Below, one piece after another: positions 1 through 15,634 of a DNA stretch of 64,000 nucleotides. How positions within the stretch are numbered: position 1 is the first letter of the stretch; every line of letters starts with the position of its first letter. A program made the position numbers and the translations under genes. Under the pieces are notes generated by a model. It made no database searches. It was given only the letters and a program-made list of their open reading frames with translations, and was not told the DNA's origin. Origin of the DNA: Octopus vulgaris (lineage: Eukaryota); NCBI GenBank assembly GCA_951406725.2, contig OX597828.1:50158001-50222000 (forward strand), given 5' to 3'.

Positions 1-519
1 GCTTATTTCAGATATTCTCATTTAAAAAAATCATCTCTAGCTAATCGTTGAGAGGACATTGGTGTTGCCTTGGAGGAGTTTTGCGCTCTCTGAGTGCTCT
101 TGTTATTATTATTGTTGTTGTTATGGTGGTTGTGGCCAACAAGTAATTTATCATAGTATAATATTTTATGTTTTTTAAAGTGAATATTTAAATTAGAAGC
201 CAAAGATTAAACAAACAAACAAAAAACCGTACCATCCTCAACCGCCTCTTTTTTATCCCCAGTAGCCATTTAAAATTTTCCACCACTCCGGGGTTAGATA
301 CTGTCTCCTCTGAGAAACCCTGATCTAAAAACTATTGTGAATTTTTTTTGACATAATATCCTCTTATGTTGTCTGCGATTACAACTTTTTGATTTGATAT
401 GTAAAAGAAAGGAAATTGATATGAGGAAACCAATGTTGCGGTTGTCTGAGGTTATAAATAGGTGACGAGTGGATCAATAATTATAGATAGGTCGAAGATG
501 TTATGGAGGAAGAGATGGC

Positions 520-950
520 GTGGTGGTGGTGGTAGTGGTGGTAGTAATGGCAGTGATGAAGGTGGTGGTAGTGGTGGTGATAGAGATAGTGTTGATGATG
601 GGGATGATGATATGGCGTGCTGATTACGATGGAAATATTGGTGAGGGTGGTGGTGGTGGTGGTGGTTATGGTGGTGGCTATGATGGTGGTGGTGATGTAA
701 ATAATGATGATGATGATGATGATGTCGACGACGACAATGATGACGATGGTGATGACAATGGTGACGACGATGGTGATATGACTACAACCACGGCGACGAT
801 GTTGATGATGATGATGATGATGATGATGACGACGATAATGAATACAACCACGGCGACGATGTTGATTGATGATCAGGATGATGATGATGATGGTGGTGAT
901 GGTGATGAAGAAGAAGAAGAAGAAGGAGATGGTGATTATGATGACGACGA
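520..950. repeat. (GGT/GAT/GAA)n compound trinucleotide microsatellite
   Basis: Direct reading; explains the poly-V/G/D/M ORF 520..1023. Confidence 0.9.
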
Positions 951-1119
951 CGGCTGTGTAAACACTTCAGAAAAATGTCTGACAACATTACGTTTTGTTG
1001 GGTGCCACTTCAACTTAGATTAAATCACTTTTAATCATAAATCATATTTTATTGTTGTGTCAGTGTTAACTGGATTCGGCCGTAATAAGAATCCTCTTTT
1101 TCTTTTTCACACGTCGTCT

Positions 1120-1147
1120 TCATCATCATCATTATCGTCATCATCAC

Positions 1148-1196
<49 letters not shown>

Positions 1197-1240
1197 GTCA
1201 TCGTCATCGTCATCGTCGTCGTCGTCGTCGTTGTCGTAAT
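1120..1240. repeat. (CAT)n/(CGT)n microsatellite
   Basis: Direct reading. Confidence 0.9.
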
Positions 1241-1371
1241 GACACTTGTCACCATTATCTCGCTCTCACATTCGCTCCCAAGCATCACCACAAACCACCA
1301 CGAAGGTAAAAGCAATTATGACTTCTCAAAGAAGCTCTGAAAGTGATAACTACCTACCTACCTACCTACAC

Positions 1372-1403
<32 letters not shown>

Positions 1404-1408
<5 letters not shown>

Positions 1409-1608
1409 TAATACAAACAAGAAAACAAAAACAAAAAACAACAACGCAAGGACGTGGAACAATAAAGTATTATTGGACGCTCAGGAAAGAAGGGAAGAAG
1501 GAGGGTTTGACGTTTCGAGCGGAGCTCTTCGTCGGAAACTTACGAGAAGGAAAGATCCAGAGAAAGGAAGACAGGGGAAAAAATCGCTAGTGATACAGAC
1601 GAGGTCAC
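1404..1608 (-). mobile_element. Short HHR-bearing repeat (Penelope pLTR-like) abutting (TA)n
   Basis: Homologous to 30905-31115; contains a minimal HHR on the minus strand; its 3' end abuts the (TA)n tract ending at ~1403. Confidence 0.65.
1505..1539 (-). ncRNA. Minimal type I hammerhead ribozyme motif (variant core)
   Basis: Minus strand gttt-CCGACGA-a-gagc(tcc)gctc-GAAA-cg-TC-aaac; stems I and II pair; core U4>C. Confidence 0.6.
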
Positions 1609-1676
1609 TTCCTCCACCTCACTCTCTATTTTATATCTTATCTAAATTAACTATTTCTTAACTATCCTCTCACACA

Positions 1677-1726
1677 GTCTCCGATGAAGGGATATAATAA
1701 ATATCCTAGAAAGAGCTGTAAGACCT
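1677..1726 (+). ncRNA. Type I hammerhead ribozyme motif (variant/degenerate)
   Basis: gtct-CCGATGA-a-gggatat...atatcct-a-GAAA-gagctg-TA-agac; stem I gtct/agac, stem II gggatat/atatcct. Confidence 0.55.
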
Positions 1727-2035
1727 TCTATCTGTAAATGTTCTAAAATCTACCCAGCCTTGTTTTATTTTTTATCCCATTAAGAAATAACATTCTTATA
1801 TACACACGCTGACATATGACCAACGTTGAACCCCTTATTCACATAATCACCGAACTTGGAACTTAACTGCGCTCCATCTATAGCACTTATTCAGCATTAC
1901 CTGACACCTTTGGGTCTCAACGACACCATTATCTCTCATAACCTATATATTTTATTAACAAATCTCATTTCTGCCCTAACTGTTGCGCCCTCAGATTCAC
2001 AAGCTACATTTTCAACAAAAGATCATACTAACATA

Positions 2036-2547
<512 letters not shown>

Positions 2548-2775
2548 CACACACACACACACGCACGCGCACGCGCGCACGCGGCACACAGGATCCAGAA
2601 GCGAACATTAGAACCATCAGGAGTGTTTTATTCACTTCGGTGAAATTTTAAGTAAAGTGATTTTGCATATGTTTTAGAGTTCACTTTATCCACCTGCCTG
2701 TGTAACATCTCGAATAAAACTTCATGGGATTGTCAGCCTGTAGATTAAAGTGTATTGCAATTGATTTAAAATATA

Positions 2776-2936
2776 CAGGAGTGGCTGTGTGGGAAGTAGG
2801 TTGCTTGCGAACCATATGGTTCCGAGTTCAGTCCCACTGCGTTGCACCTTGGACAAGTGTCTTCTACTATAGCCTCGGGCCGACCAAAGCCTTGTGAATG
2901 GATTTGGTAGATGGAAACTGAAAGAAGCCCGTCGTA

Positions 2937-3017
<81 letters not shown>

Positions 3018-3232
3018 ATTTGTGTGTCTGCGTTTGTCCCCCCCAACATCGCTTGATAACGGATGCTGGTGTTTTTCCGTCCCCGTAACTTAGCGGTTCG
3101 CCAAAAGCGAATCGATAGACTAAGTACTAGGCTTACAGAGAATAAGTCCTGGGTGTCGATTTGCTCGACTAAAGGCGGTGCTCCAGCATGGCCGTAGTCA
3201 AATGACTGAAAACAAGTAAAAGAGTAAAAGAG
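2776..3232 (+). mobile_element. SINE family A copy
   Basis: Homology to 2036-2547. Confidence 0.85.
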
Positions 3233-3321
3233 CAAAGATTAAATGCACATAACTGCTACGTCTAAGGACACTAGGACACTTATTCAGCAGAAGCACGTAT
3301 CGGAATGGAATACGGAGAAAA

Positions 3322-3721
3322 TCTTTATATATAAAAGAGAGGTTGTGTGCTGTCTGTCTCCTACGATTTAGATTCCTAACTACTCCCACATTTTGCGGTG
3401 CAGTTTAACCAAAACCGGGTATCTTATAGTCGTGATTCATATCGAGCCCTTCTGGGTATTAGCGCGCGTCTACGATGAGTCTACGATTAAAAAAAAAAAT
3501 TACCATCATTCTTTCCCAGTTTTAATACATTTTTTTCGCTATTATATAAGAGAAGTAACTCTCTAAAAATGTCTACGATGAGTCAACGATTTAAAAAAAA
3601 TTACCATCATTTTGTTTCCGTTTTTAATGCATTTTTTGCTATTTTTTGGCTATAACTCTCTAAAAATGCTTATATAGTTATTTCCCTTACAAACCCGAGC
3701 AACGCCGGGCGATACTGCTAG
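3322..3721 (+). mobile_element. Non-autonomous Helitron (~400 bp)
   Basis: 5' TC, 3' CTAG, subterminal hairpin cccgagcaacgccggg, inserted between A and T with no TSD; second copy at 9088-9484. Confidence 0.85.
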
Positions 3722-3994
3722 TACTTCGTACATTAATTCTTAGGATGTACAAATTTCCATTCTTCATTATGATGTCTTGATTAGATATTCTGTATAGTGT
3801 ATGTATGAAATCCGATGAGGCGAATTCAGGATTTACTTATCGAGTGAAATACAGTCTAACTGTTTATCTGAAACGATTCTGGATATTCACTATCATTCGT
3901 TGTTGTTGACTGGGTCTCTATTGCACCAGAGTGCTCAAGGTATTATTTGCATGGATTTCAAATCCTTATTCCTTTACGTGATACACATACACAC

Positions 3995-4383
3995 GTGGAG
4001 GCGCAATGGCCCAGTGGTTAGGGCAGCGGACTCGCGGTCATAGGATCGCGGTTTCGATTCCCAGACCGGGCGTTGTGAGTGTTTATTGAGCGAAAACACC
4101 TAAAGCTCCACGATCTCCGGCAGGGGATGGTGGTGATCCCTGCTGTACTCTTTCACCACAACTTTCTCTCACTCTTACTTCCTGTTTCTGTGGTACCTGT
4201 ATTTCAAGGGGCCGGCCTTGTCACTCTCTGTGTCACGCTGAATACCCCCGAGAACTACGTTAAGGGTGCACGTGTCTGTGGAGTGCTCAGCCACTTACAC
4301 GTTAATTTCACGAGCAGGCTGTTCCGTTGATCGGATCAACCGGAACCCTCGTCGTCGGAACCGACAGAGTGCTTCCATTTTTC
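3995..4383 (+). mobile_element. SINE family C (tRNA-derived head)
   Basis: A/B-box-like tggcccagtggttag / ggtttcgattccc; TSD tacacatacacac at 3982-3994 and 4384-4396; second copy at 18082-18459. Confidence 0.85.
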
Positions 4384-4440
4384 TACACATACACACACAC
4401 ATACACACACACACGCCCGCACGCACGCACATATTAAACA

Positions 4441-5327
4441 GGCGCAAGAGTGGCTGTGTAGTAAGAAAGCTGCGAGCTGAGGAAAAAAGAACGTTGTTTA
4501 AGAGAAGCGAAAGTCGGCGGGCGCTTTTCGTCTTCTCCCATCATCATCATCATCATCATTTTTGCATCATTATCATTCATCCCATTAATGTCCGTGTCAG
4601 CCCGCAAAGCTTCTATCTGTGTGATGCCCTTGTGGCAAATTAAATGAAATAAAGAAAGCGGCGACCTGGCAGAAACGTTAGCGCGCCGGCCGAAATACTT
4701 AGCGGTATTTCGTCTGCCGCTACCTTCTGAGTTCAAATTCCGCCGAGGTCGACTTTGCGTTTTATCCTTTCGAGGTCGATAAATTAAGTACCAGTTACGC
4801 ACTGGGGTCGATGTAGTCCTTGTTTGTCGTCTCTGTGTTTAGCCCCTTGTGGGTAGTAAAGAAATAGGTATTTCTTCTGCCGCTACCTTCTGAGTTCAAA
4901 TTCCGCCGAGGTCGACTTTGCGTTTCATCCTTTCGGGGTCGATAAATTAAGTACCAGTTACGCATTGGGGTCGATGTAGTCCTTGTTCGTCGTCTCTGTG
5001 TTTAGCCCCTTGTGGGTAGTAAAGAAATAGGTATTTCGTCTGCCGCTACCTTCTGAGTTCAAATTCCGCCGAGGTTGACTTTGCCTTTCATCCTTTCGGG
5101 GTCGATAAATTAAGTACCAGTTACACACTGGGGTCGATGTAATCGACTTAATCTCTTTGTCTGTCCTTGTTTGTCCCATCTATGTTTAGCCCCTTGTGGG
5201 CAATAAAGAAATAAGAAGCTTGCTTCCCAACCATATGGTTCCTTAAGTAAGTGTCTTCCACTATAGCCTCGGGCCGACCAAAGTCTTGTGAGTGGGTTTG
5301 GTAGACGGAAACTGAAAGAAGCCTGCC

Positions 5328-5392
<65 letters not shown>

Positions 5393-5632
5393 CATACATA
5401 CATATATGTATGTATTTGTTATTTGTTTCTGTGTTTGTCCTTCCACCATCGCTTGACTAGCGATGTTGGTGTATTTACGACCCCGTCACTTAGCGGTTCG
5501 GTAAAAAGAAACCGATAGAATAAATATTAGGCTTACAAAGAATAAGTCCTGGGGTCGATTTGTTCGACTAAAGGCGGTGCTCCAGCACGGCCGCTGTCAT
5601 TTGACTGAAGCAAGTAAAAAATAAGAGAATAA
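4441..5632 (+). mobile_element. SINE family A copy interrupted by a nested insertion (4471-5212)
   Basis: Head at 4441-4470 resumes at ~5213 (agaagcttgcttcccaaccatatgg). Confidence 0.7.
4658..5212 (+). mobile_element. SINE family B (Meta-domain-like), three tandem body units
   Basis: gcctttcatcctttcggggtcgataaattaagtaccag core repeated with ~163 bp period. Confidence 0.85.
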
Positions 5633-5680
5633 ATATAAAATCGATTAAGGAAGCAGAAGATTAGATTTGGTCGTTATTCC

Positions 5681-5783
5681 GCACGACGATCGTTTCGACC
5701 CACCCTGCGAATGTCCCTTATGGTGGAATGCTGTACAACGTATTGTGTTGCATCAATTTTGCTATCTGGGTCACATTAGGTAC
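5681..5783 (-). ncRNA. Degenerate HHR with extended stem II
   Basis: Minus strand gtac-CTAATGT-gaccca...tgggtc-GAAA-cgatcg-TC-gtgc; core mutated from CTGATGA. Confidence 0.45.
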
Positions 5784-6164
5784 ATTCATAAAGCGGTATC
5801 TCGCTAAAAATCTTGAGTTTGGGCGGTCATATAGTTATTTGCCCGCTTAAGTCAGGGAATGAAGCATTGCTACTGTTGTCCTTATATTAAATATTCATAA
5901 GAAATAATAGTAAATAATTGTAAATATAAGCGTATAAACTGCAGACAGGAAAGAATGAAAAAAGAAAAATTTTACAAGGGAAAGCCAGTGGGAGAGAGAT
6001 ATCCTATCGCTCGGTGTGCAACATAATATCATTCATTTAGTATTAAATTTCAAAGAGCGTTTATTCAAAAGGAAACGAAATCTAAAAAATAACAACGCCA
6101 AGTATCTGACTTCTTGAATGACATTGCAATCAATCGAAATTATTAGCGATACATAAAGATAGGA

Positions 6165-8452
<2,288 letters not shown>

Positions 8453-8455
8453 ACA

Positions 8456-8846
8456 TTCTTTTACTTGTTTCAGTCATTTGACTACGGCCATGCTTGAGCA
8501 CCTGCTTTTAGTCGAACAAATCGATCCCAGGACTTATTCTTTGGAAGCCTAGTACTTATTCTATCGGTTTCTTTTTGCCGAACCGCTAAGTTACGGGGAC
8601 GTAAACACACCAGCATCGGATGTCAAGCGATGTTGGGTGGGACAAACACAGACACACAAACACACACTCACTCACTCACTCACACACACACACACTCACA
8701 CACACATATACATATATACGACGGGCTTCTTTCAGTTTCCGTCTATCAAATCCACTCACAAGGTTTTGGTCGGCCCGAGGCTGTAGCAAAAGACACTTGC
8801 CCAAGGTGCCACGCAGTGGGACTGAACCCAGAACCATGTGGTTGGT
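8456..8846 (-). mobile_element. SINE family A copy
   Basis: Reverse-complement homology. Confidence 0.85.
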
Positions 8847-9087
8847 AATAAAAATGAAGAAGGAGGTTAGATACTGTGGTTTATACGTAAACTATCTTTG
8901 GGATTTCGTCTAGTTTTGGTTAGACAGTAATAAAAATTCCTCCCACGAGGTAAATTATTTTGTTCTTCCACAAGAATTCTTTTCAAAGCTATTTAAACCA
9001 GCAATAACGTCAACAACTTGATTTCTGAATCAAATTAATAAATTGTTGCCTTTTAATGAAGAGTAAAAACATTTTTGATTTTCTAAA

Positions 9088-9484
9088 TCTTTATATATAA
9101 AAGTCAAGTTGTGTGTCTGTCTCCTACGATTTAGATTCCTAACTACTCCCACATTTTGCGGTGCAGTTTAACCAAAAGCGGGTATCTTATAGTCGTGATT
9201 CATATCGAGCCCTTCTGGGTATTAGCGCGCGTCTACGATGAGTCTACAATTTAAAAAAAATTTACCATCATTTTTTTCCATTTTAATGCATTTTTTCGCT
9301 ATTATATAAGGGAAGTAACTCTCTAAAAATGTCTACGATGAGTCAACGATTTAAAAAAAAAATTACCATAATTTTGTTTCCACTTTTAATGCCTTTTTTC
9401 GCTATTTTTTGGCTATAACTCTCTAAAAATGCTTATATAGTTATTTCCCTTACAAACCCGAGCAACGCCGGGCGATACTGCTAG
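9088..9484 (+). mobile_element. Non-autonomous Helitron copy
   Basis: A|TC ... hairpin ... CTAG|T; homologous to 3322-3721. Confidence 0.85.
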
Positions 9485-9687
9485 TTTAACAATAAAAAGA
9501 TATTATTAAAAAATGGCCGACATGTAAAGGGGGTTGTATGTGTGGTTATGTATATGTCCTTATGTGTGTGTGTGTGTTTATATACGTGTATTTATGTGTG
9601 TGTATGTGTATGAGTGGAAAGGAAAGAATTTATCTGAGAATGAGTTGGTGAAAGAGAAAATGTGAGCGTATATGCGAAAGAATCCGA

Positions 9688-9729
<42 letters not shown>

Positions 9730-10069
9730 ATGAGTGTGTGTGCACGTGCTTGTGGGCGCTCGGGTTTTGAAAACCCCGGCGGCTGAGAATCCGATCACGA
9801 ATTTTGAATCTCATTTGTAAGCAAGAAGCTTGTAAACTAAAGTAAAGTAACGTTTTAAGAACATTTTTAGCTTTAAATTTTGTGCTATCATTTGATTCCA
9901 CCTTCGCCATTCCACCTCCTCCATTTTACCTGCGGTCTTGATATATCATAAAACGTACATAATTGCCCGTCTACGGCTCAATGTCACTCCTGCTCTTTAA
10001 TCTAACTCCTTTCAGCACAGAAAGAACAAATATCATCGTAATATATTCTAGCTACTAAAACAAAAAGCG

Positions 10070-10115
<46 letters not shown>

Positions 10116-10542
10116 TATAGATACACATACATATATACATATATAAATATACACACACACATATATAAATATATATGCATATACACACACACACACACTC
10201 ACATACACACATATATATATATATATATATACATTTCAACAATTGAGGGTAAAATTAATTAATTATTAATTAATTTCACCAAGTGTTCAGTATGCAAAGG
10301 GACCATTTAAGGCGAATTCAAATTATTACAATATATAAAAGGGCTTAGTAAAATAAATTACTTTGCCGCATACTGAACTCATTAGAAATAGCATACTGAA
10401 CTCATTAGAAATAGCAGCTAAAAAACTTTTTTAAAAACCATTTCTAATACTTAAAGAAAATCTCTCTCGTATAATGTTTGGTCAACTCAACTCACGAAAG
10501 TTTGGGGGTAAAGACATAAAAAAATCAAATGCAAAGGTTATT

Positions 10543-10594
10543 TGAGAACGTACGTTTCAAGATTAGTCATCAAGACACTTCTATCATCAGCTCA
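10543..10594 (-). ncRNA. Type I HHR motif (left arm)
   Basis: Mirror of 11568-11619. Confidence 0.6.
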
Positions 10595-11567
10595 GAAACT
10601 CCATGGTTTGGATTTGAAAACACTGAAAGTGAGAGCAAACTTTTTCGGCCTCTCATCGCCTTCGAAGATCTGCTCGTAACTAACAGTGCCAACAAACCCA
10701 AACATGCAAGCGAAGAATTTCTGTCCTCCCCTTTCCACCAGCGTGGGTTAAAATCAACAAACACTCTGCTTATTTCGGTAAAATCCGAAGCATTAATTAG
10801 AGGGAGATTAATTATAATTTCAACAATTGAGGGTAAAATTAATTAATTATTAATTAATTTCACCAAGTGTTCAGTATGCAAAGGGACCATTTAAGGCGAA
10901 TTCAAATTATTACAATATATAAAAGGGCTTAGTAAAATAAATTACTTTGCCGCATACTGAACTCATTAGAAATAGCAGCTAAAAAACTTTTTTAAAAACC
11001 ATTTCTAATACTTAAAGAAAATCTCTCTCGTATAGTGTTTGGTCAACTCAACTCACGAAAGTTTGGGGGTAAAGACATAAAAAAAAAGTCTTTACCCCAA
11101 ACTTTCGTGAGTTGAGTTGACCAAACACTATACGAGAGAGATTTTCTTTAAGTATTAGAAATGGTTTTTAAAAAGTTTTTTAGCTGCTATTTCTAATGAG
11201 TTCAGTATGCGGCAAAGTAATTTATTTTACTAAGCCCTTTTATATATTGTAATAATTTGAATTCGCCTTAAATGGTCCCTTTGCATACTGAACACTTGGT
11301 GAAATTAATTAATAATTAATTAATTTTACCCTCAATTGTTGAAATTATAATTAATCTCCCTCTAATTAATACTTCGGATTTTACCGAAATAAGCAGAGTG
11401 TTTGTTGATTTTAACCCACGCTGGTGGAAAGGGGAGGACAGAAATTCTTCGCTTGCATGTTTGGGTTTGTTGGCACTGTTAGTTACGAGCAGATCTTCGA
11501 AGGCGATGAGAGGCCGAAAAAGTTTGCTCTCACTTTCAGTGTTTTCAAATCCAAACCATGGAGTTTC

Positions 11568-11619
11568 TGAGCTGATGATAGAAGTGTCTTGATGACTAAT
11601 CTTGAAACGTACGTTCTCA
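11568..11619 (+). ncRNA. Type I HHR motif (right arm)
   Basis: tgag-CTGATGA-tagaagtgtc..gactaatctt-GAAA-cgtacg-TT-ctca; palindromic stem III; non-canonical U-U at the base of stem II. Confidence 0.6.
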
Positions 11620-11808
11620 AATAACCTTTGCATTTGATTTTTTTATGTCTTTACCCCCAAACTTTCGTGAGTTGAGTTGACCAAACACTATATGAGAGAG
11701 ATTTTCTTTAAGTATTAGAAATGGTTTTTAAAAAATTTTTTTAGCTGCTATTTCTAATGAGTTCAGTATGCGGCAAAGTAATTTATTTTACTAAGCCCTT
11801 TATATATT

Positions 11809-11927
11809 ATATATATATACATATACGTATATGCATATATAAAATATATATGCATATATGAATATATATATATATATACATATATACATATATACATATA
11901 TGCATATATAAAATATATATGCATATA

Positions 11928-11965
<38 letters not shown>

Positions 11966-12494
11966 TATACATACATATATAAATATATATATACATGTAT
12001 AAATATATATATGTACATAAATCTTTATATACATATATATATATATATATATAAATATATATACATATATATAAATATATATACATATATATAAATATAT
12101 ATACATATATATAAATATATATACATACATATATACATATATATATATATAAATATATATACATGCATATATACACATATATAAATATATATACATACAT
12201 ATATACATATATACATATATATAAATATACACACATACATATATACATATATATATATATAAATATATATACATATATACATATATATAGATATATACAT
12301 ACATACATATATATATATATATATGAATATATACATACATATATACATATATAAAATTATATGTATATGTATGTAAAGCATATATGTATATATTTATGTA
12401 TATATGCATGTATATATATATATATACACATATTACACATTATATGTGTGCGCATGTGGGTGTGTGTATGTGTGTATGTATGTGTGTTTGTGTG

Positions 12495-12526
<32 letters not shown>
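11809..12526. repeat. Degenerate (TA)n/(TACA)n/(TG)n tract
   Basis: Direct reading. Confidence 0.9.
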
Positions 12527-12528
<2 letters not shown>

Positions 12529-12872
12529 AAAGAATTCTCTGAACTGATGGAAACAATAATATGAGACATTTCACAATGTCGTCAACTTTGTTCTTCCGAG
12601 CAAAGTTGATATGTTATAGAACTAAGATACCAAAATTCTTGTGATTTCCTGTAAGTCTATGAAGTCATATATTTAAGACATTTGAAAAGACAATGTATCA
12701 AAGTGATTTATGTTTAATACAGTGAAGAGTCATAAATGTAATACATCGCTTCAGAGTCATATATTTAAGAGTGTGAGGGGCCCTATGATCAAATTCTTGA
12801 GTGCGAGCTTTTGGTCATTGGTCTTCTTGATCAGGGTGACCTGAGGGTTAAATATCACCATAGGACCATCAC

Positions 12873-13101
12873 GTATTTCTTTATTGCCCACAAGGGGCTA
12901 AACATAGAGGGGACAAACAAGGACAGACAAATGGATTTAGTCGATTACATCGACTCCAGTGCGTAACTGGTACTTAATTTATCGACCCCGAAAGGATGAA
13001 AGGCAAAGCCGACCTCGGCGGAATTTGAACTCAGAATATAACGGCAGACGAAATACCGCTAAGCATTTCGCTCGGTGTGCTAACGTTTCTGCCAGCTCGC
13101 C
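12873..13101 (-). mobile_element. SINE family B copy
   Basis: TSD taggaccatcac at 12861-12872 and 13102-13113. Confidence 0.9.
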
Positions 13102-14565
13102 TAGGACCATCACTTGCATCACCACCGACACTGCAGTACCACCAGCACTACCACCGCCACTATCACTGGCATCAATAGCTCTAGTACTAGCACCAGCACC
13201 ACCAGCATCAACATCATAACTAGCATCATCACCTGTACCAGTAGTAGCACCCCCAGCAATAGTACCATTACCATTAACCACCACTACAACCACCAGTACC
13301 ACCAACACCACTATCTCTACCACTACAATGATAAACAGTACTGCCACCTTCGACCATCACCAACAAAAGCAATAAAAACAATAGCAAATCTTGGTATTGT
13401 ACCTTAAACTGTATCAAAATTCCCGTGTGAAACATTTATCTCTGTCAAATACAGTCGTCTCTTGAGCAATCGCTGAAACTATTAAGGAAGGACAACCAGG
13501 CGTTATGCTCCTTACATCTCGCTCGAGTCCATTTATCCCACGTTATGGTCAGTCTTTAAACATTGCCTTCCCCTTATCTTAAATTACATTGAAGGATGTC
13601 AAATTAGATACAATTTTAACAAGAATCATTCGGTCACCTTTAGAGAAATAATCAAATTTTAATGTAAAGTCACCCATTTAAACATTCATCCAGGGGAAAT
13701 TCCAAGTAATTTAACGCTAATGTCGTTTCCATTATGACTTTCTGCAATGCAATGGAGATGTAAAACACATTAACAAACCGACTTTACAATAGCTTTACAA
13801 GTTAACTGTAAATACAAATGCATCTATCTTAAGATTTACTCCACTAAAAATATATATAAAAAATAATTGATTTTTACTGCAAGCACTTATTACTGTTTCG
13901 TTTTGGTTTTAGAATTACTTTTGGATGTAGATAAACATTTAAAGTGGATTCTTGAGTCATCTTAATTGCACAGACGTCAGAAACAGAGGTTAACTTAATG
14001 TACGTTGCGTAAGTTCAGTACCAACGGACATTTTCGATTCGTGCTTATTCTCAAGTAACAGGTAATTTATTATGACGTTTCTTGTGCAGTGTATAAAATA
14101 GGGGAAGATTTAAAGCGCACTATTTTATATATATATTTTTATCGACTTATATTTTTGTGCAATTATAAACTGCACAGTGTGCATAACCTATACAATTTTA
14201 TACACAGTAAATTATATACTGTATAAACTATAGTGTAAAGTTTATGAATTGTACAGGAAACATATATTGTACAACACACAAACATAGTTAAACCACGAAA
14301 GCTCTTTAATGTATCATTCAACAAAACATAGAATGTATAGTACAATACAAGAGGAAATGTTAAGGAGTGTATAAAATCACAAACGACAGAGAAATAATTT
14401 GATGAAATTCTAATTAACAGTAAGAAAATAATATTTTCATAATAAATTGTTTCGTAACTTAAAAACGTGTGAATGATTTAGATTATATTTAATGATAAGA
14501 AAAATTACTTACATGCCTGCATTAAAGCATAATGCAAAAAATCCTTCAAAATAATGCAGAGTTAA

Positions 14566-14629
<64 letters not shown>

Positions 14630-15634
14630 TACTCGCACGTACGCAATCATACACATACATCGTAGGGTTTCTATATACGAACGTAATCCTTTCCGGAGCT
14701 CTATTCGTTAGCCAAATTGTTCATTAAATGAGTATTGAGATACATATCAATACTGGTAATCCACTCCGAGTCATATCCAAACTCCACATAAGTGCACGAA
14801 ACACACATACAGAAATGATGTTTTTTTAATGTTTATTTCTTGCCATCCATCAATAACAAATACATAAATATATAAGTATATATATATTATATATATATGT
14901 GTGTGTGTGTTTTTGTCTATGTGCATTTCCTCGTTGCCTTGGATATGTTGGCTTTGTGAATAAACTGTCTGCGTTAACCAAAACGACATCAACTTGTTTG
15001 TAGTGCTTCATGAAGGGGCGTCTGGGTTGTACGCTGTTCGACAGATGAGGAAAGACCTGGACCTGTGAAATAAAATGATATCCCTTGCTTGGAAACAAGT
15101 CGGGGTAATTGACAGAAAGAATCTATATCTGTAAAATCACGCCTTATTTACTATGAAGCCAGGGTGGTAGGGATATTTTGGAGCAATGAAATTAAAAGCA
15201 AATCTATGGCTGGAGTACAAACATATAGAGAAAAGAATAAATAGGAAATTAAAACATACCTGCAAAACCAACACAAAAGAAATATACTGTTTTAAATCTC
15301 CGAGGAAGTTGCTACCTTCCAAACTATCCTTCCAAACCTAAACGCATTCCAACGATGCTAAATTAACAAACGAGTGTATACAGAACATAAAATAAATAAT
15401 TATAGAAATAAAGTAAAAATACATTTAAATCAATGTTCGCTTCACTTAATGTGTCAGGTTGTTCAACATGAACGGGTGAGACTGGAGTGGCGAGGAGGAT
15501 ATTAACAAGAAGACGTCTCCGAGCGGTTGGATTTCTCTATCTCTCAAATGTTGGACATCAATGTGATTCATGGCCAGCTTCTCTGCATCTAGGATAAGGT
15601 GATATTCCTTGACCTGTTTAAATATTTTATTTCT

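Larger units (their letters stand above)
10233..11808. mobile_element. Fold-back palindrome built from a ~561-nt HHR-containing tandem unit, between TA-rich tracts
   Basis: Arms 10330-11076 and 11088-11808 with an 11-nt spacer; direct repeat restarts at 10233 and 10817; mirrored ORFs 10529..10846 and 11316..11633. Confidence 0.85.

Noticed and set aside
3808-3890. HHR-like CCGATGA...GAAACGATT
   Set aside because: Stems and cleavage triplet are too degenerate to support.
3995-4070. tRNA gene
   Set aside because: It is the tRNA-derived head of a SINE with a TSD, with a second copy at 18082-18459.
10529-11633. Twin 105-aa ORFs on opposite strands
   Set aside because: A by-product of the palindrome; no recognisable domain, and antisense to the HHR strand.
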